A DNA stretch of 57,057 nt, taken from assembly GCA_018671515.1 (NCBI GenBank), contig JABHHN010000072.1, positions 1-57,057 on the forward strand. The letters are read 5' to 3'. The stretch is from an archaeon (GTDB lineage Archaea; Nanobdellota; Nanobdellia; Woesearchaeales; GW2011-AR15). Every line of letters starts with the position of its first letter. Positions within the stretch are counted from its first letter, which is position 1. Positions 18,994 through 26,986 of this stretch are shown here, piece after piece. The notes below the pieces were generated by a model. The model did not search any database. It worked only from the letters and a program-made list of their open reading frames with translations, and had not been told where the DNA came from. Made by a program: the position numbers and the translations under genes.

Positions 18994-19437
18994 ATGAGAA
19001 CATGGATATTTCAAGGAAATCCAGATGATTTTCCTATTTATGAATATATAAAGGGTTGTGATGAAATTACTTGGTTAGTTAACAAGTATGAAGATAAAAT
19101 TAAGGAAGGAGATGAAGTATATATCTGGAAGGGCGCAGGTAAAGAAAAAGGATCTGCAGGAATTATTGCAAAAGGAATAATATTATGCAATCCTAAATTA
19201 ATTGAAACAGATTTAGATGGACCATATCAATGGACATATCCAAGAAAATTAAAAGAGGAATTAAGGGTTAGAATTAAATTAATTGATAAAAGATTAAATC
19301 CTGCAAATAGGGTATCAAGAGAAGAATTTGAAGGAGATTTAGATTTAATGAATCATGCCATTATCTCAGGTTACCAAGGAATTAATTTCAAATTAAAAGA
19401 TGTTCAAGTTGAAAGATTAAATGAGTTGTGGAATTGA
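18994..19437 (+). CDS. EVE (PUA-like) domain protein
   Basis: TWIFQGNP, IKEGDEVYIW, GIIAKG, QGINF; SD GAGGTG. Confidence 0.85.
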   Translation: MRTWIFQGNPDDFPIYEYIKGCDEITWLVNKYEDKIKEGDEVYIWKGAGKEKGSAGIIAKGIILCNPKLIETDLDGPYQWTYPRKLKEELRVRIKLIDKRLNPANRVSREEFEGDLDLMNHAIISGYQGINFKLKDVQVERLNELWN

Positions 19438-19449
19438 ATATAGAATGAA

Positions 19450-19470
19450 AAAAATAAACATTTAAATATA
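19450..19470 (+). promoter_or_regulatory. Archaeal promoter P1 (BRE/TATA) for the his leader
   Basis: A-rich tract plus TTTAAATA at 19461, 32 bp before ATG 19493 (leaderless geometry like the RHH genes). Confidence 0.55.
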
Positions 19471-19492
19471 ACATAGATTTCACAAACATACC

Positions 19493-19546
19493 ATGAGAGC
19501 AAACAAAGACGATAGTCGTGATTGTATTCATTGTCGGACAAACTAG
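19493..19546 (+). CDS. His-operon leader peptide uORF1 MRANKDDSRDCIHCRTN
   Basis: 17 codons, single His codon (CAT 19529) within GAT TGT ATT CAT TGT, a motif shared with uORF2. Confidence 0.6.
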   Translation: MRANKDDSRDCIHCRTN

Positions 19547-19574
19547 TCCAGATTTTAGTAGTTCTAACTCTCAA

Positions 19575-19590
19575 GATAAATTTATAAAAA
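19575..19590 (+). promoter_or_regulatory. Probable tRNA-His promoter P2
   Basis: TTTATAAA at 19581, 48 bp before the tRNA. Confidence 0.5.
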
Positions 19591-19628
19591 TTTCACAAAG
19601 TAATTGTATTTCTCAAGATCAAATATAT

Positions 19629-19721
19629 GGCTGCGGTAGTTCAATGGTAGAATCCAGGACTGTGGAAACCAAAAACGGTTTCAGAAATCCTGGGACGCGA
19701 GTTCGATTCCCGCCTGCGGCC
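19629..19721 (+). tRNA. tRNA-His(GUG) with a 21-nt intron (19666-19686) at position 37/38
   Basis: Acceptor GCTGCGG/CTGCGGC, encoded G-1 and C73; anticodon stem CAGGA/TCCTG with GTG at 19662-19664; T-loop TTCGATT; near-canonical bulge-helix-bulge (CTG/CAG, AACC/GGTT); CCA not encoded. Confidence 0.95.
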
Positions 19722-19783
19722 CTTCTTAAAACAGAAGGCTCAAACAACATTTATTCGAGTGAAAGCGAGAATAATATACAAGC

Positions 19784-19839
19784 GCAGCGAAAAGTTTTTT
19801 CAAAAAATAATGAAAAAGCTCTACCTGCAACTCTTTTTT
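19784..19839 (+). terminator. Hairpin plus T-tracts between tRNA-His and hisG
   Basis: GCAG..AGTTTTTTCA/TGAAAAAGCT..CTGC stem followed by TTTTTT at 19834-19839. Confidence 0.45.
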
Positions 19840-19889
19840 CAAACAATAGCAATAACACCAACAAACAAACAACTGGAGGTTCTTTTAAC

Positions 19890-19943
19890 ATGGAAAGACT
19901 GGCAATAAGCAGTGATTGTATTCACTGTGGTACCAAAGAATAG
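19890..19943 (+). CDS. His-operon leader peptide uORF2 MERLAISSDCIHCGTKE, overlapping hisG out of frame
   Basis: Strong SD GGAGGT 9 nt before the ATG; single His codon CAC at 19923. Confidence 0.65.
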   Translation: MERLAISSDCIHCGTKE

Positions 19944-20487
19944 TGGATTACGTAGATATAGAGACATTGCAGTACAGAACTTTGGTCTGCAGAACAATGA
20001 AAAATTAGAAGTAAGGGGAGAAGATGTCCCTTTCTGGGTTGAATCCCTAATCAAAAAAGGAAAGAAAGCTATTGGCTTAACAGGTCAGGATCTATTTCGT
20101 GAATATACATTAGAAAACTACAATACCCAATTAAAGACTCTTAAGATTGTAGGTTGGGATGATGATAAAGCATTGTTTAGAAAACCTACATTATGTTTAT
20201 TAGGTCCAAATAAAAAAGATCTAAATACAATTCCAAGAAGCCAGACAGTATGTATTTCTAAAAAGTATAAAACATTAGCAAAAAAATATCTTAATTTGCT
20301 TGAGACTAAAGGATATACTTTTCAAAAGATATATGTAAGTGGTTCTACAGAAAGCAGTTATCAAGTAGGTATTGCAGATTTAGTTATTGATATTGTATAT
20401 TCAGGTAAATCAATTAATGAATTAGGCTTGAGCATATATGAAAAAATATTCTATTCAAATTTTGTAATAATAGGTGGTAAGCAATGA
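19912..20487 (+). CDS. hisG: ATP phosphoribosyltransferase, short divergent form; true start uncertain (GTG without SD, or entry by +1 frameshift from uORF2)
   Basis: VVPKNSGL, VRGEDVP, GLTGQDL, SGSTE, GIADLVIDIVYSGKS; first gene of the his operon. Confidence 0.88.
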   Translation: MIVFTVVPKNSGLRRYRDIAVQNFGLQNNEKLEVRGEDVPFWVESLIKKGKKAIGLTGQDLFREYTLENYNTQLKTLKIVGWDDDKALFRKPTLCLLGPNKKDLNTIPRSQTVCISKKYKTLAKKYLNLLETKGYTFQKIYVSGSTESSYQVGIADLVIDIVYSGKSINELGLSIYEKIFYSNFVIIGGKQ

Positions 20488-21776
20488 ATGTCAGAATACT
20501 AAATTATGATAAAGATAAAGAGGAAATTGAAAAGGTAAAACAAAGATCATCTATTGATCAGACACAGGTAGAAGATAAAGTAAAGGTAATCCTAAATAAT
20601 GTAAAAGAAAATGGAAATAAAGCACTAATTGATTATGCAAAATTATTTGACAAAGTAGAATTAGATGAAGAAGATTTGATTGTAACAAAAGAACAAATAA
20701 AAGAAGCATATACTAAATTAGAACCTAATAAAATTATTGCAATCAAAAAAGCATTATCAAATATCACAAGATTTGCACAACTTCAAAAACCAAAACCATT
20801 CCTAGAAGAAATTGCACCTGGTGTAAAATGCGGTACACTAATTAAACCAATTGAAAAAGTAGGATGCTACATCCCTGGTGGAAATTATCCTTTACCTTCA
20901 ACAACTTTAATGACTGTTGGACCAGCAAAAGTTGCAGGTGTAAAAGAAATAATTGTTTCAACTCCTCCTCAAAAAAACGGAGGAGCTAATCCAGCAACAA
21001 TTGTTGCAGCAGATATTGCAGGTGCAACAAAGATAGTTATTTCAGGGGGAGCACAGGCAATTGCTGCAATGGCGTATGGAACTAGAACAATACCTAAAGT
21101 AAATAAGATTGTAGGCCCAGGAAATATTTATGTAACTGCAGCAAAAAAATTATTATATGGTGAAGTAGGAATAGATATGCCTGCAGGACCAAGTGAAGTA
21201 GTAATTTTAGCATCATCTGATTCAAATCCAAAATATATCGCTTCCGATATGTTAGCACAAGCAGAACACGATGTTGTTGCATGCGGATTATTATTTACTG
21301 ATTCAATGGAATTAGCTAATAAAGTAAAACAGGAAATAATTATCCAGACAGAAAAATTAGCATCAAAAGAAATCATAAAAAAATCATTTGAGAATTATAG
21401 CTGTATTGTTTTAGTAAAAACAGTCACTGACGTAATTGATTTTTGTAATGATTTTGCACCAGAACACTTAGAAATAATTGGTTATGATGAATCAATATTA
21501 GATAAGATAACAAATGCAGGTTCAATATTTTTTGGAGAATATTCTGTTGAAGCTGCAGGAGATTATTGCTCAGGAACAAACCACGTAATCCCAACAGGTG
21601 GATTTTCAAAAGTAAGAGGAGGATTATCAGTATATGACTTTTTGAAAATGCCAACAATACAAAAATTATCAAGACAGGGATTAGAATCATTAAAAGACAC
21701 GATTACAACGCTAGCTGAAATGGAAAGTTTACCAGCACACGCAAATTCAGCAAAGATTAGATTTGAAGGTGAATAA
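20484..21776 (+). CDS. hisD: Histidinol dehydrogenase
   Basis: YIPGG, GGAQAIAAMAYG, GPGNIYV, AGPSE, QAEHD, APEHL, GTNHV. Confidence 0.98.
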   Translation: MNVRILNYDKDKEEIEKVKQRSSIDQTQVEDKVKVILNNVKENGNKALIDYAKLFDKVELDEEDLIVTKEQIKEAYTKLEPNKIIAIKKALSNITRFAQLQKPKPFLEEIAPGVKCGTLIKPIEKVGCYIPGGNYPLPSTTLMTVGPAKVAGVKEIIVSTPPQKNGGANPATIVAADIAGATKIVISGGAQAIAAMAYGTRTIPKVNKIVGPGNIYVTAAKKLLYGEVGIDMPAGPSEVVILASSDSNPKYIASDMLAQAEHDVVACGLLFTDSMELANKVKQEIIIQTEKLASKEIIKKSFENYSCIVLVKTVTDVIDFCNDFAPEHLEIIGYDESILDKITNAGSIFFGEYSVEAAGDYCSGTNHVIPTGGFSKVRGGLSVYDFLKMPTIQKLSRQGLESLKDTITTLAEMESLPAHANSAKIRFEGE

Positions 21777-21777
21777 T

Positions 21778-22824
21778 ATGCAACCAAAAGAATCAGTAAG
21801 AAATATGGCACCATATAATCCTCCTACTTCATCAAGGAGTGATTTTATTAGATTGGACTTCAATGAAAACACATCAGGATGTTCACCTAAAGTATTACAG
21901 GCATTAAGAACTATCACAGAAAAGGAATTTTGCATGTATCCAGAATATAATGAATTAAAAAATGACATTGCAAAATTAAATGATATTGATAAAAATAAAA
22001 TCATCCCTACAAACGCAGGAGATGAAGGAATAATGCTTGTGATGAATACTTTCATTGAAAAAGGAGATGAAATATTATTGCCTACTCCAACATTTGCAAT
22101 GTTCAAATTCTATGCACAATTAAATGATGCAGATATCAAAGAAGTACAATACAATGAAAACCTATTGTTTCCGATAGATAATCTACTAAATAAAATTAAT
22201 GAAAAAACAAAGATGATAATTTTAGTGAATCCAAATAATCCAACTGGAACATCAATTAAAAGAGATGATATAATCAGAGTTTTGGAAAAGGCAAAAGATT
22301 CAATTGTATTTTTGGATGAAGCATATTATGATTTCACAAAAAATACATGCATTGATCTAATTGATAAATACCAGAATTTAGTGATATTAAGATCATTTTC
22401 AAAAGCATTTGGTCTTGGTGGATTAAGACTTGGATATTTGATATCAAATAAAGAAAACATCAAGATATTTCAGAAAGTAAATTCACCTTATAGTATTTCA
22501 TTTATTGCAAATAAAGTACTAAAGGCTGCAATAGAAGATTTTGATTATGTGGATAATTATGTTTCACAAATTATGAAAAATAAAGAATTCTTATATAATG
22601 AATTTGAAAAGATGAATATCAAATATTACAAAGGGGATGCTAATTTTTTCTTAGCAGATTTTGGTGAAAGCTATAAGATAATATATGATAAACTTAAAGA
22701 AAGAGGAATACTTCTTAGAGATAGGAATAGTTATGTCAAAAATACTCTCAGGATTACTGTAGGTACAAAGAAGCAATGCGAATTATTGATAAAGGAGTTG
22801 AATGAAATATGGATGAAGAGATAG
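21778..22824 (+). CDS. hisC: Histidinol-phosphate aminotransferase
   Basis: LDFNEN, NPNNPTG, DEAY, RSFSKAFGLGGLRLGY; SD AGGTGA. Confidence 0.96.
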   Translation: MQPKESVRNMAPYNPPTSSRSDFIRLDFNENTSGCSPKVLQALRTITEKEFCMYPEYNELKNDIAKLNDIDKNKIIPTNAGDEGIMLVMNTFIEKGDEILLPTPTFAMFKFYAQLNDADIKEVQYNENLLFPIDNLLNKINEKTKMIILVNPNNPTGTSIKRDDIIRVLEKAKDSIVFLDEAYYDFTKNTCIDLIDKYQNLVILRSFSKAFGLGGLRLGYLISNKENIKIFQKVNSPYSISFIANKVLKAAIEDFDYVDNYVSQIMKNKEFLYNEFEKMNIKYYKGDANFFLADFGESYKIIYDKLKERGILLRDRNSYVKNTLRITVGTKKQCELLIKELNEIWMKR

Positions 22825-23477
22825 ATACGATTATATTTGACATGGACGGGGTTTTAGTTGATGAATCAAAATCATATAGACTTGCAATAAAAAAAACTGC
22901 TGAGTTTTTTCTTGATAATAAAAAAGAAATTTCAATGGATATGATTGAATCATACAAGGAAAGAGGTGGTCTCAATAATGATTGGGATTGCACAGAAGCT
23001 ATCCTAAAAGATAATGGTGCAGATATTGATAAAGAAAAAATCATCGAAAAATTTGATGATATATATATCAATGAAACAATTAAATCTGAAACATTGATTA
23101 TCAGACGAGAAATTCTTGAAGAGCTTTCTAAAATATATAAGTTAGGAATTGTTACAGGAAGACCAAAACGTGATGCTAATTTGGCAATATTCAATTTTAA
23201 TCTTGCTAGATATTTTAATACATATATTACAATGGAAGATGTAGAAAATCAAAAACCATCACCAGATGGAATTATAAAATGTATGAAAAGACTTGGCTCC
23301 AAAAAGGCAATATATTTTGGGGACACTATTGATGATATGAGAGCTGCAAAATCTGCAGGAATAATTGGTATTGGAGTTATGCCACTTGTTTTTTCAGGAA
23401 AATTAAAAAATTTGCTTATTGAAAATGGAGCATCAAATGTACTTGATAATATAAATGAAATTGTGGAGGTTTTATAA
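22809..23477 (+). CDS. HAD-family hydrolase, probable histidinol-phosphate phosphatase
   Basis: FDMDGVLVD, GGLNNDWD, VTGRP, KPSP, GDTIDD; sits between hisC and hisB. Confidence 0.85.
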   Translation: MDEEIDTIIFDMDGVLVDESKSYRLAIKKTAEFFLDNKKEISMDMIESYKERGGLNNDWDCTEAILKDNGADIDKEKIIEKFDDIYINETIKSETLIIRREILEELSKIYKLGIVTGRPKRDANLAIFNFNLARYFNTYITMEDVENQKPSPDGIIKCMKRLGSKKAIYFGDTIDDMRAAKSAGIIGIGVMPLVFSGKLKNLLIENGASNVLDNINEIVEVL

Positions 23478-24061
23478 TGAGAAAATCAAGAATTACAAGA
23501 AAGACAAATGAGACTGATATAAAAATAAAATTAGATGTTGATGGAACAGGGAAATCAAAGATAAATACACCAATTGGATTTTTCAATCACATGTTAGAGG
23601 CATTTTCAAAACATGGACTTTTTGATCTCGAGATAGATGTCAAAGGAGACATAGAAGTTGATCAGCACCACACAGTTGAAGATATAGGAATTGCACTAGG
23701 TAATGCATTTTTAGATGCATTAGATGACAAAAAAGGGATAAACAGATCAGGTTATTTTGTATATCCAATGGATGAAGCACTAGCAGTTGTTGCAATTGAT
23801 TTATCAGGAAGACCTTATCTACAATATGATGCAGAATTCAAGAGAAGATATTGTGGTGAGCTTGATACTGATTTACTTCATGATTTTTTTGAAGCTTTTG
23901 CAGTAAATCTAAAGGCAAATGTTGTTGTAAGAATGCCTTATGGAAGAAGTGACCACCACAAGATTGAAGCAATCTTTAAAGCATTTGCAAAAGCAATGAA
24001 GATGGCATGTGAAAAAGATGATAGAATAAAAGGCGTTTTGAGTACGAAGGGCGTTATATAA
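23477..24061 (+). CDS. hisB: Imidazoleglycerol-phosphate dehydratase
   Basis: FFNHML, DQHHTVED, PMDEA, DHHKIEAIFKA, STKG. Confidence 0.98.
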   Translation: MRKSRITRKTNETDIKIKLDVDGTGKSKINTPIGFFNHMLEAFSKHGLFDLEIDVKGDIEVDQHHTVEDIGIALGNAFLDALDDKKGINRSGYFVYPMDEALAVVAIDLSGRPYLQYDAEFKRRYCGELDTDLLHDFFEAFAVNLKANVVVRMPYGRSDHHKIEAIFKAFAKAMKMACEKDDRIKGVLSTKGVI

Positions 24062-24124
24062 GTTTCAATGATGAAATATTTATTTCTTTTTTTTTGAAAT
24101 AAATATTCAGGCTTCGCCTTCATT

Positions 24125-24151
24125 ATAGCAAGCCTTTGGCTTGCAATTGTG
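24125..24151 (+). repeat. REP-like palindrome, family TAGCAAG (copy 1)
   Basis: ATAGCAAGCC-TTT-GGCTTGCAATTGTG; related copies at 34801, 47922, 50240. Confidence 0.85.
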
Positions 24152-24310
24152 GATAGTGAAGTGTTAAAGTTAGAATAACTTTGACAATACGAATGAAATG
24201 AGTTATCTATACACTATGATGAAGAAAGAAGATGAAGTATTCTTTCCTGACATGTTGAAAAAAAGAAAATTCAAAATTAACAAAAAAAAAATTAAATGGA
24301 GATATAAAAA

Positions 24311-24916
24311 ATGAGAATTGCAATCATCGATTATGGTGGGGGGAATATTGGAAGTGTGAAGAATGCACTAGATTATTTAGGAGTAGATTCAATAATTACA
24401 GACAATCCTGATGAAATAATAAATGCAGATAAGATGATACTTCCAGGTCAAGGTAGATTTGGAGATGTGATGAATAAATTAAATGAAAAAAACCTGATCA
24501 AAACAATACTTGAAGAAATAAATAATAAAAAACCATATTTAGGAATATGCATAGGATTGCAGATACTTTTTGAATCAGGTGAAGAAGATCCAGAAATAAA
24601 AGGATTGAATCTGATAAAAGGAACTGTTCCTAAATTCAAGATTGAACAAAAAGTACCACAAATAGGATGGAATTCAATTACTAAAATGAAGTATTCAAAA
24701 TTACTAAATGGAATTAATAATTTAGATTTTTTCTATTTCGTACACTCATATTATTGCATAACAGATGATAAAGAATCAATATTAACCAAAACAGATTATG
24801 GAATTAATTTTGTTAGTGCAATAGAAAAAGATAATATTTATGCAACACAGTTCCACCCAGAAAAATCAGGAAAATCAGGATTAAAATTATTAAAAAACTT
24901 TTGTGAGGTAATCTAA
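24311..24916 (+). CDS. hisH: Imidazole glycerol phosphate synthase, glutaminase subunit
   Basis: [32 protein letters not shown]. Confidence 0.98.
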   Translation: MRIAIIDYGGGNIGSVKNALDYLGVDSIITDNPDEIINADKMILPGQGRFGDVMNKLNEKNLIKTILEEINNKKPYLGICIGLQILFESGEEDPEIKGLNLIKGTVPKFKIEQKVPQIGWNSITKMKYSKLLNGINNLDFFYFVHSYYCITDDKESILTKTDYGINFVSAIEKDNIYATQFHPEKSGKSGLKLLKNFCEVI

Positions 24917-24917
24917 A

Positions 24918-25673
24918 ATGCTTACAAAAAGAATTATACCGTGTCTTGATGTAAAAAATGGACGTGTAGTAAAAGGAACGAAATTCAAGAATTTAGTAGA
25001 CATAGGTGATCCTGTAGAATTAGCTATAAAATATTATAATGAAGGTGCAGATGAATTATGTTTTTTAGATATTACTGCATCCATTGAAAAAAGAAAAACA
25101 ATGATTGAAATGGTAAAAAAAGTTGCAGATAATATTTTTATACCTTTCACAGTAGGTGGTGGAATAAAAACCATTGAAGATATAAGACTGCTCTTAAAAA
25201 ACGGAGCAGATAAAGTTACTTTTTGTACAGAGGCAATAACAAATCCAGATATAATAAAAGAGGCATCGGATAAATTTGGTTCACAATGTATTGTAATTTC
25301 AGTTGATGTAAAAAGAAATGGAAAAGGATGGGAACCATATATTTATGGTGGAAAAAAAGAGACTGGATTGGATGCATTAGAATTTGCAAAAAAATGTGAA
25401 AAATTGGGTGCAGGTGAAATATTATTGAACTCTTTAGACACAGATGGGATGAAACAAGGATATGATTTAGAAATAACAAAACAAATTTCAGAATCATTGA
25501 ACATTCCAGTAATAGCTAGTAGCGGTGCAGGAACACTAGAACAGATATATGAAGCATTCACAAAAGGAAAAGCTGACGCTGCTTTAGCGGCGTCAATATT
25601 TCACTATAACACTTATTCAATAAAACAAGTAAAAGATTATTTAAAAAATAAAGGAGTTGATGTAAGATTATAA
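24918..25673 (+). CDS. hisF: Imidazole glycerol phosphate synthase, cyclase subunit
   Basis: [36 protein letters not shown]. Confidence 0.98.
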   Translation: MLTKRIIPCLDVKNGRVVKGTKFKNLVDIGDPVELAIKYYNEGADELCFLDITASIEKRKTMIEMVKKVADNIFIPFTVGGGIKTIEDIRLLLKNGADKVTFCTEAITNPDIIKEASDKFGSQCIVISVDVKRNGKGWEPYIYGGKKETGLDALEFAKKCEKLGAGEILLNSLDTDGMKQGYDLEITKQISESLNIPVIASSGAGTLEQIYEAFTKGKADAALAASIFHYNTYSIKQVKDYLKNKGVDVRL

Positions 25674-25725
25674 CGGAAAAAATTGGAAAATTTTTTAGTT
25701 TTCAGAGTGGAGCAGAGGCGGAACG

Positions 25726-26976
25726 ATGATAATCCCAAGCATAGATATACTAAACGGACGAGCTGTAAAGCTTGTAAAAGGAGATCCAAATAATAAGAAA
25801 TTTGAGACAAATGCATTAGAGCTAGCTCAAAGTTTTTCAATATTTCCAGAAATAAATCTCATAGATTTAGATGCGGCATTAGGCACAGGAAATAATATTG
25901 AACTAATAAGAAAAATATCAAAAATATGCACATGCAATGTTGGCGGAGGAATAAGAACAACAAAAATAGCATATGATTTACTAAAGGCAGGTGCAAATAA
26001 AATTATTATTGGAACAAAGGCTGATGTTGAATTCCTAAAACAATTACCTAAAGAAAAAATCATAATTGCAATTGATTCACGGAAAGGAAAAATTGTTGAC
26101 AAAGGCTGGACAAATGAAATAGATGAAACAACCATTGATAGAGCAAATAGATTAAAAAATTATTGCAATTCCTTCCTTTACACATATGTCGACAAAGAAG
26201 GAACACTAGAAGATATTGATGAAAATACAGTAAATGAATTAAAAAAAATCACAAAAAACAAAATTCAATATGCTGGAGGAATTTCTAGCAAAGACCAAAT
26301 TATAAAATTAGAATCACTTGGAGTTGACGCAGTTGTAGGTATGGCTTATTATGAAAATAAAATAGATATATATGAAACATTTGTTGATCTACTAAACTTC
26401 AAAAAAAGCATGGGACTAATCCCTACAATTGTAAAAAACACAAATGGACAAATACTGATGCTTGCATATAGCAATAGAGAATCTGTAATAAAATCAATAA
26501 AGGAAAGAAAAGGAATCTATTTTTCAAGAAGTAGACAAGAACTCTGGGAAAAAGGACTCACTTCTGGAAATACACAGGAACTAAAAAATATAAAAGTAGA
26601 TTGTGATAGAGATACATTGATTTACAAAGTATTGCAAAAAAATGTTGCATGCCACACAGGAGCATATACTTGCTTCGAAGATGAAGATTTCAACATGGAA
26701 TCATTATATGAAATTATTGAATCAAAAATAAGTGAAAGTAATTCATTTACAGATAAAGTATATAATGATGAGACGATGTTAAAAGAAAAGATAATTGAAG
26801 AGGCAGATGAAGTAGTTAATTTTAAGAATAAAGATAACTTAACCTGGGAAATAGCAGATTTATTATATTTTATATCAATACTTATGAAAAAGAATGGTAT
26901 TGATTACAAAGATATAAATAATGAATTAAAAATCAGGAATCTGATGAAAAAAACAATCAATAATACAAAACTTTGA
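25726..26976 (+). CDS. hisA: HisA-HisI-HisE trifunctional fusion
   Basis: IIPSIDI, IDLDAA, VGGGIR (HisA); FSRSRQELWEKGLTSGN, DCDRD, ACHTG (HisI); KIIEEADE, WEIADLLY (HisE). Confidence 0.92.
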   Translation: MIIPSIDILNGRAVKLVKGDPNNKKFETNALELAQSFSIFPEINLIDLDAALGTGNNIELIRKISKICTCNVGGGIRTTKIAYDLLKAGANKIIIGTKADVEFLKQLPKEKIIIAIDSRKGKIVDKGWTNEIDETTIDRANRLKNYCNSFLYTYVDKEGTLEDIDENTVNELKKITKNKIQYAGGISSKDQIIKLESLGVDAVVGMAYYENKIDIYETFVDLLNFKKSMGLIPTIVKNTNGQILMLAYSNRESVIKSIKERKGIYFSRSRQELWEKGLTSGNTQELKNIKVDCDRDTLIYKVLQKNVACHTGAYTCFEDEDFNMESLYEIIESKISESNSFTDKVYNDETMLKEKIIEEADEVVNFKNKDNLTWEIADLLYFISILMKKNGIDYKDINNELKIRNLMKKTINNTKL

Positions 26977-26986
26977 GGCACAAAAA

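Larger units (their letters stand above)
19518..19943 (+). other. 141-codon bridging frame (+1 of uORF1) running through tRNA-His into uORF2; probably regulatory
   Basis: No stop across spacer, tRNA, intron and hairpins; only His codon is the one in uORF2. Confidence 0.55.

Noticed and set aside
19493-19911. T-box riboswitch or classical His-run attenuator
   Set aside because: No T-box UGGNACC antiterminator motif in the leader and no run of His codons; the tRNA-like sequence is a complete tRNA gene
19518-19943. 141-aa ORF as an ordinary protein-coding gene
   Set aside because: Overlaps a tRNA, low-complexity product, GTG without SD; kept only as a regulatory frame
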